A DNA stretch of 64,000 bases, from the NCBI GenBank assembly GCA_951406725.2, contig OX597834.1, forward strand, positions 5,332,001-5,396,000, written 5' to 3'. Shown here in pieces: positions 1 to 11,199 of the stretch. Below the pieces are notes generated by a model that did no database searches, was not told the origin of the DNA, and worked only from the letters and a program-made list of their open reading frames with translations. A program made the translations under genes and the position numbers. Numbering within the stretch: the first letter of the stretch is position 1; each line of letters opens with the position of its first letter. Origin of the DNA: Octopus vulgaris. Taxonomy: Eukaryota.

Positions 1-100
1 CCCGAAGGATTGAAAGGTAAAGTTAAACTTGCGAGTCTTAGTTCTTAGAATACAAGAAACTTGAGTAAGTATCACAAGGCATTTGGTCTCCTCACCCAGT
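1..100 (-). mobile_element. Diverged fragment of SINE family C
   Basis: cccgaaggattgaaaggtaaagtt... resembles the reverse complement of the ctttgcctttcatcctttcgggg core seen at 41014-41244. Confidence 0.45.
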
Positions 101-1296
101 AATTTGTGAGGTAGCTAGTTAATGCTGGGAAATATATTGTTGAATAACTAACAACTGTTGGTTGTTAGTTATTTGTTGGCCAAATAATAATTAAAAAATT
201 ATATTGTTGCTTACTGCCGGTCAGCTAAAGTTTAACAGATTATAATTACTTACTTTCCAGTAAGATTTTCATTACAAAGTGTATCACAAACAACTATATT
301 ATAAAATGAACCCTTCACTTTTTGTGATTGTACAGTAAATTTGTTTAGGTCAACTGGTATGAATAGAAACCTTGGATTATGATATAAATAAATGAGAAGA
401 GGTATGGGGTACATGAGTACAGATTCTATGCTTGGTAATAACCTGATAAATTTGAGATTAAACTACTGAAATAGTGAACCTAGTTGTTATATGTGCAGGT
501 CTTACTTCTGTCATGGTTTTCTCCTTCTAATTAAGATACACAACTGCATGCATAATTTTTCATAACTGACAAACTCAAGATAAAATTTGTTGTTATTGAA
601 AGTTTAGCATTAATAACAGCATTTATCTTTAAAATCAGTTACACCAAAAATCTTGAAACGAAAGCACCCTCTTGAATGCAAACAAAAAGACTGAACTGAA
701 TTGGTGAAAACAAGGATATGTGCATGTTAGATATGTTAGAATAAACATAGGCTGGAAATTATTTGGAGAAAGGGATCACAGTAGATACATTCTCTGCTGG
801 AATAGGTTAAAGTTAAAGAGAAATTCTTGTCTTGAAAATGAAAAAAAAAATGGATAAGGTAAAATTAATGAGGAGATTATATATTTTGGAAAGGAGATGA
901 ATGATGTGTTTCTGCAAATTTTAATATGCTTTTGCTTAGCACAACAAACACTTTAGAAAACCAAGACTGTGAATTACCCTCAGCCAGTATTTAATATGGG
1001 TCTCAGAGACGAGGATAGGCCCAAGATTATCTGTAGGGCTTCTCCCTAAAAATGTTCAGCCACATTGAATTACTGGAGGACTCTCCATCTCATAAATCCC
1101 CAAATCAATCTTGTTCTAATATGCCTTTGAGTCCTGGTTGCCACATACGGCTACATCTGCTCCCAAGAATCTCCCTGAAAGTTAAATAAGCAAGAAGAGT
1201 AGCCTTGTTTAGATAACAGTTGAATTTCTTTCATCATCTGTTCCAAGTTAATTTAAAGAACAGAGTACATAACGTGGTCCTAGATATAATATATAT

Positions 1297-1534
1297 TACT
1301 CTTTTACTCTTTTACTTGTTTTAATCATTTGACTGTGGCCATGCTGGAGCACCGCCTTTTAGTCGAGCAAATCGACCCCAGGACTTATTCTTTGTAAGCC
1401 TTGTACTTATTCTATCGGTCCCTTTTGCCGAACCGCTAAGTTACGGAGACGTAAACACACCAGCATCGGTTGTCAAGTGATGTTGGGGGGACAAACACAG
1501 ACACACAAACACACAGACACACAAACACACAAAC

Positions 1535-1606
<72 letters not shown>

Positions 1607-1760
1607 GACGGGCTTCTTTCAGTTTCCGTCTATCAAATCCATTCACAAGGCTTTGGTCGGCCCGAGGCTATAGTAGAAGACAGTTGCCCAAGGTGCCACG
1701 GTGTGGAACTGAACCCGTAACCATGTGGTTGGTAAGCAAGCTACTTACCATTCCTGCGCC
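1297..1760 (-). mobile_element. tRNA-derived SINE family A (OK-like), full length, internal (TA)n/(TG)n
   Basis: Reverse complement of the 2798-3218 copy; (TAAAAGAG)n tail. Confidence 0.9.
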
Positions 1761-2527
1761 TATATGCAGATAAAAAAAAGTATTATTGTCATAGTGGGGA
1801 CAGATTTGATCATAAGTCTGTCAGGTTTATCAATACTGGCTTGGAGTAAACAATAACAACATCAACAATTAAAATCAAATTATGCCAAAATGGTCATTTA
1901 TAATGTGATACTTGCTGATCTGTGGTCGTTCATAAAATACAGGTACTGAATCAGTCTTTGCTATGTCTGATTTGAAACGATACAAATTTCAAAACTGGAA
2001 AAAAAAAATTAAAAACTTTGGCAAAAGATAAAGTTGAGAAAAGGAAAAAGAAAAAAAAAAACAGAACTAGAAAACATTTGCTAATTAGATTCTAAGTTAC
2101 GTATATTTTTAAGTATAACATAGTTTAATATGTAATTATTATGCTGAAACAATTATCTACTATTTTACTATCATAGTCTGAAAATATAACACTCTTGATT
2201 TTTGTTTTAGTGGAAAACAAAATGGCTGAAGCAAGAAAACTGTAAACAAAACATCGCTGCTGTAGACAGACAACAAAATAGAATTTGTATGATTTTAGTG
2301 ATTTTTATTTAAATTTTTCCGTGTTGTTTAGCCCCAGGTAAATGCCTGAGCAATAAAAATGCTGTCTCTTTTTATAAGATATAGTGAATAGAGTAATTCA
2401 TTACCGAATGTGCTCTCTTGATTTCCATAAATATTTGGGGCATTATTTGTGGAAGATTTAGCTTCTATTTCTAGTTGTCAAATGAGTATAGAAATGCTCA
2501 TTTTATTGGCTAGCTTAGAAAAGGATC

Positions 2528-2529
<2 letters not shown>

Positions 2530-2620
<91 letters not shown>

Positions 2621-2629
2621 TATATATAC

Positions 2630-2689
<60 letters not shown>

Positions 2690-2741
2690 ATATATATACA
2701 TATGTATATATAAACATATGTATATATATATATATATATAT
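2530..2741. repeat. (TA)n microsatellite, one of dozens (e.g. 13938-14059, 17705-17796, 28553-28631, 62903-63013)
   Basis: Directly visible dinucleotide tract. Confidence 0.98.
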
Positions 2742-2797
2742 AAATGGATGAATGAATTATCATTTGTTTACCGTTAACATGGAAAATTCAAAAAACA

Positions 2798-3218
2798 GGC
2801 GCAGGAGTGGCTGTGTGGTAAGTAGCTTGTCTACCAACCACATGGTTCCGGGTTCAGTCCCACTGCGTGGCACCTTGGGCGAGTGTCTTCTACTATAGCC
2901 TCGGGCCGACCAAAGCCTTGTGAGTGGATTTGGTGGACGGAAACTGAAAGAAGCCCGTCGTATATATGTATATATATATATATATATGTGCGTGTGTGTG
3001 TTTGTGTGTATGTGTTTGTCCCCTAGCATTGCTTGACAACCGATGCTGGTGTGTTTATGTCCCCGTTACTTAGCGGTTCGGCAATAGAGACCGATAGAAT
3101 AAGTACTGGGCTTACAAAAGAATAAGTCCCGGGGTCGAGTTGTTCGATTAAAGGCGGTGCTCCAGCATGGCCGCAGTTAAATGACTGAAACAAGTAAAAG
3201 AGTAAAAGAGTAAAAGAG
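2798..3218 (+). mobile_element. tRNA-derived SINE family A (OK-like), reference copy
   Basis: Head with Pol III A-box-like tggctgtgtggt and B-box-like ggttcagtccc; central microsatellite; 3' gactgaaacaag(taaaagag)n; about 20 copies in the window. Confidence 0.9.
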
Positions 3219-3365
3219 AGAGAGTTACCAGGGTAGCAAAATTCACGCAAGTAATATGGATGAAGCGACCTATTCAAAGGTAGAAACTCCGGCTTAATGT
3301 GCAGTACTTTGCGTAGTATAAGTAAATAAATTGAGTTGAACGAAGATGTTATTAAAATTCTTTTA

Positions 3366-3447
3366 CTTTCGACATATGTTTCGAAGACAACATGGTATTA
3401 TTCCAAAGGAATAAACGGTGTAAACTGAAATCTTCTCATCAGGAAAG
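3366..3447 (-). ncRNA. Type I hammerhead ribozyme, canonical core (family HH-A), in a Penelope-like/retrozyme-like repeat of about 3226-3470
   Basis: Minus strand reads CTTTC-CTGATGA-GAAGA..(ttattcc-ttt-ggaataa)..TCTTC-GAA-ACATATGT-C-GAAAG; stems I, II and III all pair. Confidence 0.85.
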
Positions 3448-3734
3448 AAAGAGAGCCTCTCTCAAGAACAAGACATTATAACAATTACGATGACTGCCTA
3501 AATGATAAACAGAACGTTATTAAGTATTTTTAAAAAACCGTTAGTAGATTTGAAGGCAAAGGCAGATACTAGAAAGAGAAGGGTTAAAGAAATAATAATA
3601 TATATATATGGAGAGAGATGTATCTTTTATCTTTTACTTATTTCAGTCACTAGAGTACAGCCATGCTGGTTGTAAAGCAGCAGTGGGGGACAATCACAGG
3701 CATAAAGGCACACAAGCATAGATATCATCAACTT

Positions 3735-4070
3735 TATGGATAGTGTCTCTCGGGATGTTGGTGAGGGATCCTTGTTGATTGTGAGCAATGAACTTGGTCT
3801 TATTAAGTTTAACGAATCGTCCACCATTATGTGCAGCTAATCATAGACTGTGAAACAATAGGATGGCATTTGATATTGTGTCAGAGGGCAAGGTTAAATC
3901 ATCTGCTTGGTCTACATCACTTCTTGTTTGAGCTGGATGACCAATAGATCTTATTTTCACAAGTGTGAAATGGAAGCCGGCTAGTTTGTAAAGTGATGTT
4001 CTAAGGACATAATCCAGAGTGATCCTGAAGAGGAAAGGTACCAGTGTGCCCCCACTGGAGTACTCTAGTT
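3735..4070 (-). pseudogene. Degenerate RTE-clade LINE reverse transcriptase fragment
   Basis: ORF track GGTLVPFLFRITLDYVLRTS...DVDQADDLTL resembles the QGDTLAPFLF and YADD RT motifs. Confidence 0.75.
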
Positions 4071-4081
4071 TTCTTGCCAAA

Positions 4082-4428
4082 GAAACTTGTTACGAGCAGT
4101 CTTAAACATTTCTTGGAGAATTCATCCTACCTAGAAACAACTATAAGGAGATCTCCTGCCTGTTTCCCCCAGTATAAGGGAAAGGCACTTGTGCTTAGTG
4201 AGACATTGCTGGAGAGCTAAAACAAAAGCTGACCAACTGCTATGGATGCCAAAGCATGGCTGTACATGAGCTGGTCATCCAAATACGACATATGTAGATA
4301 ACTGACCAGGAATATTATATCATAATCCCTGAAGATCTATGTCAACTAATGCAGCATGAAGATGGATGGTATGTGCAGGTTAAAAATGTCTGAGCAAGCT
4401 TGACCCGATGATGACGACGACGACGACG
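4082..4428 (+). pseudogene. Degenerate RTE-clade LINE C-terminus and (GAT/GAC)n tail
   Basis: Plus strand LLRAVLNISWRIHPT*KQL*GDLLP...HCWRAK...LLWMPKHG, ending in gatgatgacgacg. Confidence 0.7.
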
Positions 4429-4544
4429 ACACACAAATACATATACACACACACAAACACTTACACGCATCATTTGATTCATGAAAGCATGGAAAATTGA
4501 TAATGACAATGGTGATGATGGTGATACTGATGATATATGCAATA

Positions 4545-4702
4545 GGCGTCTTTCAGTTTCTGGCTACCAAATCCCTACACAAGACTTTGGTCTACTTAGG
4601 GTTATATTAGATGACACTTACCCAAGGTGCTTTGCAGTGGAACTGAACCTAAAGCAACGTGGTTCAGAAGTACATTTCTTAGCAACACAGCTATGCTGAC
4701 AT
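4545..4702 (-). mobile_element. Diverged 5' half of SINE A
   Basis: tctttcagtttc...gacacttacccaaggtgc...gcagtggaactgaacc. Confidence 0.7.
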
Positions 4703-6408
4703 CTGTTCATTTAGGATTACAATTGTATATCAATAATTCCTTGGACTCTATGATGAAACCGCTTAGCTAATGGTAATAAGAATTGTGGGAAAGAAATGGC
4801 ATGCTGTTTGCCTCAATTTACCAGGATGTAAAATCTGTAACAGTCCATTATATCTTAAGACTCCCCAGTTGGAGGTTTGAGATTGGACCTATATGTAATA
4901 GCTATAACATCCTTTGCAACAAAGTCACATGCAAATATTTAAAATTGGTAGAACAACCATCCAATACAATCCATGCAAACATGAAAGAAAATAATATGCA
5001 GTAGACTTTAACTACTAACTGGAATTTGAAGAATGTGTTTATAAAGATACAATAGTTGATGCCATTAGAAAAATCACTGGTATTAGAAGAATGTGTTTAT
5101 AAAGTTTCATGCAGTGACGCATTGACCAGAAATTAATCTGAGGTTTTGTATGCTTCAGTAAATAAATTTGTATTTAAATTTCTTATCTTCTTAAACAGAA
5201 TGTGCAATTTACACTAATATAAAACCATAGGATGAAAGAACTATAGAAATATAAAAAAAAAATGCTTTCTATCTATAAAGTTCTCACTAGTAATTGCATT
5301 ATCATTGAATAGACTTAAAATTCTTCACAGAATTGTTTTAAATTATTTCACTCTGTCAAATTTGTTCAGAAAGCTATGAAGCAAAAATAAATTCTTGCTA
5401 TCTTTTACTTTCGTCCAATACTATTCTAGTTAAGATAACTGCAATAGAACTTAAATAGTTTTCTGCACTTCTATTTTATACATCAAATCGATCTATAATC
5501 TGAATATTGGCTTGCAAGACAAAAGCACGCTTGAAAGATCGCTAAACATTATCTGCTTTGTGGTCTGCACAAGAGGCCTTGCTTCACGTTTGGTCGCCTA
5601 TTTGGCTAGTTCAAATACATAGCTGACATTCATCAAATCTCCTATGAATTTATTTGGCATCACTTGGTACCTAATTAACCTGGGACTTTCAATTTTAATA
5701 AAATGAAAGACAGTAGATATGATACATCGGGGAGACCATTCTTAGAGCCTGAATTAAACTAATCAACCAAGCTTTACAAATAGTAACTGACAATTCTCTT
5801 TAGTAAATATATTTTTTCTTTGTTTGTTTCCCTTTTTGTAAAGATTAAAACTTTTCTTTGCTTCAAAATGTTTACTTCAAACAATGATTCACTACAAAGA
5901 ATTTATTCTATATCTTCTGCTATCCATTTTTGTTCCCATGATATTATCAGAAAGGACTAAAGTCAGTTAATGAAATCTTTTCTTCTCAGCATCAGAATAG
6001 TGCTATCGCCAACCAAACTAAAATTGGCAGTTTGATAGAATACTATAAACATTACGGACCTTACAGGACTCTTATTTATCTGTACTCTGAAATTAATGAA
6101 AGACCACACTTTTGAAGGATAGACTACAAGATAATCACAGGTTATTTTCACAGAGATTCCTACCAGCTTTCAAGCTAAATAGATTGAAGCAAACATATTA
6201 TTATGTCATGAATATATATGGTTATATTAATTCAGTGATGTAAATCCACACATCTAAAGGCTTATAACTGTGAACATGTTGCATCCATAAATTCTTAGAT
6301 ACAAAGTCGAACTATACACTTGTATTTCTTCTCTACATTTTTCATGCCATTACTCTGCCCCTGCCTGATGCTACAATTAGGGATATTTTCTGGAAATGTT
6401 TGTATATT

Positions 6409-6800
6409 AGGTGCAGACATGGCTTTGTGGTAAGAAGCTGACTTTCCAGTCACGTGGTTCCAGTTTCAGTCCCACCACTTGGTACCTTGGGCAAGTGTCT
6501 TCTGCTATAGCCTCTAGTTGACCAAAGTCATCTAAGTAGATTTGGTTGACAGAAAGTGAAAAAGCCCATCGTATATACATATATGTATGTGTGTGTGTGT
6601 GTGTGTGTGTGTCTGTCTGTCTGTCTGTTCTACCACCACTGCTTGACAACCAGTGTTGGTGTGTTTATGTCCCTGTGACTTAGTGGTTCAGCTAAAGAAC
6701 GGACAGAATAAGTACTAGGCTTAAATGAATAAGTCCTAGGTTTGGTTTGGTTTGTTCAACTAAAGCTCTTCAAGGTGGTGCCCCAGCTTGGCCGCAGTCA
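6409..6800 (+). mobile_element. SINE A, diverged
   Basis: Similarity to the 2798-3218 copy. Confidence 0.8.
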
Positions 6801-6949
6801 TCGTTGCTTAGCCCTAGAGAAGCAAAGCCATATCAAACCATAATCATTCTGACTTCTATTTTAAGGAATTCTTTTCTTTTTTTGCTTTAAGATGATAAGG
6901 TGTAATTTGAGGAAAATTTGGTTGATATTCTTAGCACATGGAACGATCA

Positions 6950-7151
6950 TACTCTTTTAGTCTTTTACTCGTTTCAGTCGTTTGAATGTGACCATGCTGG
7001 ATCACCGCCTTTAGTCGAGCAAATCGACCCGAGGACTTATTCTTTGTAAGCCTAGTACTTATTCTATCGGTCTCTTTTGCGGAACCGCTAAGTTACTGGG
7101 ACGTAAACATACCAGCATCGGTTGTCAAGCGATGTTAGGGGAACAAACACA

Positions 7152-7224
<73 letters not shown>

Positions 7225-7404
7225 TTATATATACATATATACGAGAGTCTTCTTTTCAGTTTCCGTCTACCGAATCCACTCATAAGGCTTTGGTCGGACC
7301 GAGGCTATAATAGAAGACACTTGCTCAAGGTGCCACGCTGTGGGACTGAACCCGGAACCATGTGGCTGGTAAGCAAGCTACTTACCACACAGCCACACCT
7401 GCGT
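6950..7404 (-). mobile_element. SINE A
   Basis: Similarity to the 2798-3218 copy. Confidence 0.88.
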
Positions 7405-7473
7405 CTGAAGTTCTTTCATTTCTGGTCAGAGAACGAGACAAAGTAACGTAACTTCTATAAACCATACCACATA

Positions 7474-8050
7474 ATGGCTGGGTGGTACGAAATTTGCTTC
7501 CCAACCACATGGTTCTGGGTTCAGTCCCACGGCATGGCACCTTGTGCAAGTATCTTCTACAGTAACCATAGGCCGGTCCAAACCTTGTCAGTGGAATTAG
7601 TAGATGGAAACTGAAAGAAGCTTGTCATATACATATATGTATATGTCCGTGTGTGGCTGTGGCAGAAACGTTAGCACACCGGGCGAAATGCGTAGCCGTA
7701 TTTCGTCTGCCATTACGTTCTGAGTTCAAATTTCGCTGAGGTCGACTTTGCCTTTCAACCTTTCGGGGTCGATAAATTAAGTACCAGTTACGCACTGGGG
7801 TCGATATAATCGACTTAATCCATTTGTCTGTCCTTGTTTGTCCTCTCTGTGTTTTAGCCCCTTGTGGGTAGTAAAAAATGGGTGTGTTTACATCCCCCAT
7901 AAATTAGCAGTTCAACAAAGAGACTGGTATAATAAGTACCAAACTTGAAAAAAAAGTACTGAGATCAATTAGTTCTACTAATACATTCCCCAAGGTGATG
8001 CCCCAGCATGGCCACAGCCTGATGACTGAAACAATGAAAAATATAAAAAA
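7474..8050 (+). mobile_element. Older SINE A copy interrupted by SINE C at its central microsatellite
   Basis: 5' half at 7474-7627; 3' half resumes at ggtgtgtttacatcccc (7881). Confidence 0.75.
7660..7878 (+). mobile_element. tRNA-derived SINE family C
   Basis: Near-identical to 41014-41244. Confidence 0.85.
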
Positions 8051-8474
8051 GGATAATGTTGAAGGCTAAATCTAAATACCCACCTTTCCTATAGCAACAA
8101 CACAACCAACAGTCTAAGTTTATAGTAATTCCTTAATAATGCCAATTCAATAATTTTTATCTGATTTTAGAATTAAAATAAAAGAACTTTACCATTCTAG
8201 ACATTGTTGGAAGAATTTGTAACGTTTTGTTTCTTCTCTTGACAGATATTGACAAATGTGATATCAAATCTACTAAAAATAAACTGATTCCCCATGAGTC
8301 ACACATGTTTGTTTTATGGTTCTATGGCAATGGTTCAGAGCAAGTTGTATTCTGTTTTAGAATAAAGGAGGAAAAAAATATTCTAATCAATATTTCAGGA
8401 GAAAACAAATCAAGTCTGGTATGTTTCTAGGTCATAGTTAATGTTGATCCGCTTGTTGACAAGGAAGCTTCTGC

Positions 8475-8570
<96 letters not shown>

Positions 8571-9089
8571 TGGATTATATATTTTTTGCAAAGTCAGAAA
8601 CACTGTAACCAGTGTTTTCAAGAATTATCTAGAAATAACACAGCCAGGTAAATATTGTATTTTTTTCCCAAATATGTTTCTAGCTTAAAAATGGAAGAAT
8701 CACTTATGACCCCTTCCAGGGCTTCTAAAACTGGTGTCAAAGAAGGGAGCAAAATATCTTCAACCTGGGGAGAACTGGTCCAAATTTTTACAAGATTAAT
8801 TCCATTGAAAGCACCTAAACACCAGGTTATGGTGCGAACAGCAGATTAACCCAACAATCTAAACTCAGAATTGATCTTAGAAGCAGTCTTTCATACAGTT
8901 TCTGTCAATTCAACCTCACTCATGAGACTTTGGTGCTATGCAATGGGATCAAACTTAAAATCACATAGTCATGAAATAAATTTATCTACTATTGCAGGTG
9001 TGGCCGTGTGGTATGAAGTTTGCTTTCCAACCACATGGTTTGGGGTTCAGTCTTGTGAATGGATATGGTATACAGAAACTAAAAGAGGC

Positions 9090-9120
<31 letters not shown>

Positions 9121-9121
<1 letters not shown>

Positions 9122-9657
9122 AATTAGTAAATAAATGGCACAACTAAGTACCGATACTTACTGGAAATAGCGAACGTAAAAATACGACGCTAATGTGTAG
9201 CTTCACCGCGTATGTATTAGCAAAAATGCGTGTGTGCAACAAATTAGAGAAAAAAACCCGTCTTACCTCCAGGGAGAACATCTGAAAGATGAAACACCCG
9301 GAAAAGGATAATGTGGTACCTGCAGGTTTCAGGTTTTACAAGATATGTCTCACCCATATTTTGTTTTACCTTCATCAGCCAAACATATACCAAGACGAAA
9401 TCTACGATGTTACCACATTAATACTAACACACTCGACTGAAATGCGGAACGCTAACATTACGAGAAACGGTGAAGAAGTTTCAAAATATCAGTAATGCAA
9501 TACAAAGTATTGCCTTCCAGTAAAAAGTAGCCCGTGAGGGAAAAATACACAAATTAGTAAATAAATGGCACAACTAAGTACCGATATTTACTGGAAATAG
9601 CGAACGTAAAAATACGACGCTAATGTGTAGCTTCACCGCGTATGTATTAGCAAAAAT
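9121..9657 (-). mobile_element. Hammerhead-containing 430-bp unit with 107-bp direct terminal redundancy (retrozyme/Penelope pLTR-like)
   Basis: 9121-9227 is repeated at 9551-9657 with 1 mismatch; hammerhead lies between; abuts (TA)n. Confidence 0.75.
9311..9386 (-). ncRNA. Type I hammerhead ribozyme, canonical core (family HH-B)
   Basis: Minus strand reads TGG-CTGATGA-AGGT..(acaaaatatg/catatcttgt)..ACCT-GAA-ACCTGCAGGT-A-CCA. Confidence 0.88.
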
Positions 9658-9659
9658 AC

Positions 9660-9860
9660 TGCTACACATCGCTGGTCACAATGCGCTTCGCATTGTTTTA
9701 GCCTTGAAATGACGCCACTCCGCTGGCTAAGCGAGCAGGCCAACAGAAGAAAGAGTGAGAGAAAGTTGTGGCGAAAGAGTACAGCAGGGATCGCCACCAT
9801 CCCCTGCCGGAGCCTCGTGGAGCTTTAGGTGTTTTCGCTCAATAAACACTCACAACGCCT
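9660..9860 (-). mobile_element. SINE B short-tail subfamily (OR2-like), partial
   Basis: Reverse complement of the middle of 31445-31712. Confidence 0.8.
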
Positions 9861-9920
<60 letters not shown>

Positions 9921-10025
9921 GAAAATAAGGATAAAATCAATATTTAAATGTTCATTTAATGTGGCTTTAGAGTCAGATTTTGACTGCTATTTTCAGCGTG
10001 GTGGTATCTCTCAGATACCCTAAAT

Positions 10026-10064
<39 letters not shown>

Positions 10065-10904
10065 CATGATATATAATATGAATAATATGATTGAGGATAC
10101 AGAAAGATGGCCACTGTGCTAAGATGGCACGTACTATGGCCACTGTGCTAAGAAGCAGACAAGTAATGACAGGTTGAGAGAGATACCTGAAAACCTGATA
10201 TTCCCCTCTGACAAAACTTAATAAGTACACAACACATTCCTTGGATAATGGAACAGTACCTTTAATGATCCTACAAAAAGAAAATAACTGTGCGTCTCCT
10301 TGTCGTAAGTCTCTGTGTTACCACGTGTAGCAACCACGATTGAAAACACGCGATTCTACTTCGTAAAGATAATTGTCAGTACATACCGAATTCTAGAAAA
10401 AACCATACACACAGTTTTATATATCAGCACGCACCACACACGAATATATACACAAACCGAATTTAAATCAAACTTTCTTCTTCTTTGTTGAGGCATTGCA
10501 GTGAGTATCGTGCGCACATTATAAACACACCAACCATTGAATCCTTACATCTCTTGATTGTACATATATCCTGATATAGTTAGCCCAGCATGCTAACAAT
10601 TCTGCCAACTCATCACCCTAGAGTATCTTATAACATTCTGTAGATCTTCTTAAAAATGAATCAGAATACTTTAAAAGATGAGCAAAATACTTTAAAATTC
10701 CCTTGACACAATGTAGCCATTTAGAGTATATAGTTAATAGAGGAATTAACATGTTGACTTGTTATATAGTGTATTTGACGTGTTGATTTATATAGAGTTT
10801 TGAAATATTTGACAATGGTTTGCTTGTTAGAAGGAATACAAGAACACTTGGAATATTAGAGTATTTATTTGAGGTAACAAAATATATTTCCATTCAATTA
10901 ATGA

Positions 10905-11110
10905 TTTCAAATTTGGATGCAGTAATTTCAGAGCAGGCAGTAAATAAATTAAATTGACCCCCAGTGTTTCACTGTAATAAATATATCAACCCCAAAATAA
11001 AGAAAGGCAACGTTGCTCTCAGTAGAATTTGAACTCAGAACTTGAAGATGGATGAAATGCCATAAAACATTTGCCTGATGTGCTAACGATTCTGCCAGCT
11101 TCCCATCTTA
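10905..11110 (-). mobile_element. Diverged SINE C
   Basis: aaaggcaacgttgctctcagtagaatttgaactcagaa...tgctaacgattctgccagct. Confidence 0.6.
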
Positions 11111-11199
11111 ATTTCTATCAAAGTATTGAAAGCAGTAAATGAAGATATTTTTAAAGTAGTTATCAAAATTTGTCTCAAATGTTTGCACTAAAAGACAAT

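Noticed and set aside
2200-2292. Possible host exon (polypyrimidine-AG, then ATGGCTGAAGCA...)
   Set aside because: The ATG frame stops after 7 codons and there is no supporting homology; cannot be supported without RNA data
3170-3200. SINE A tail agtcaaatgactgaaacaagta resembles hammerhead stem II-GAAAC-GUA
   Set aside because: No CUGANGA or U3-A8 equivalent and no stem I upstream; more likely a LINE-type 3' stem-loop
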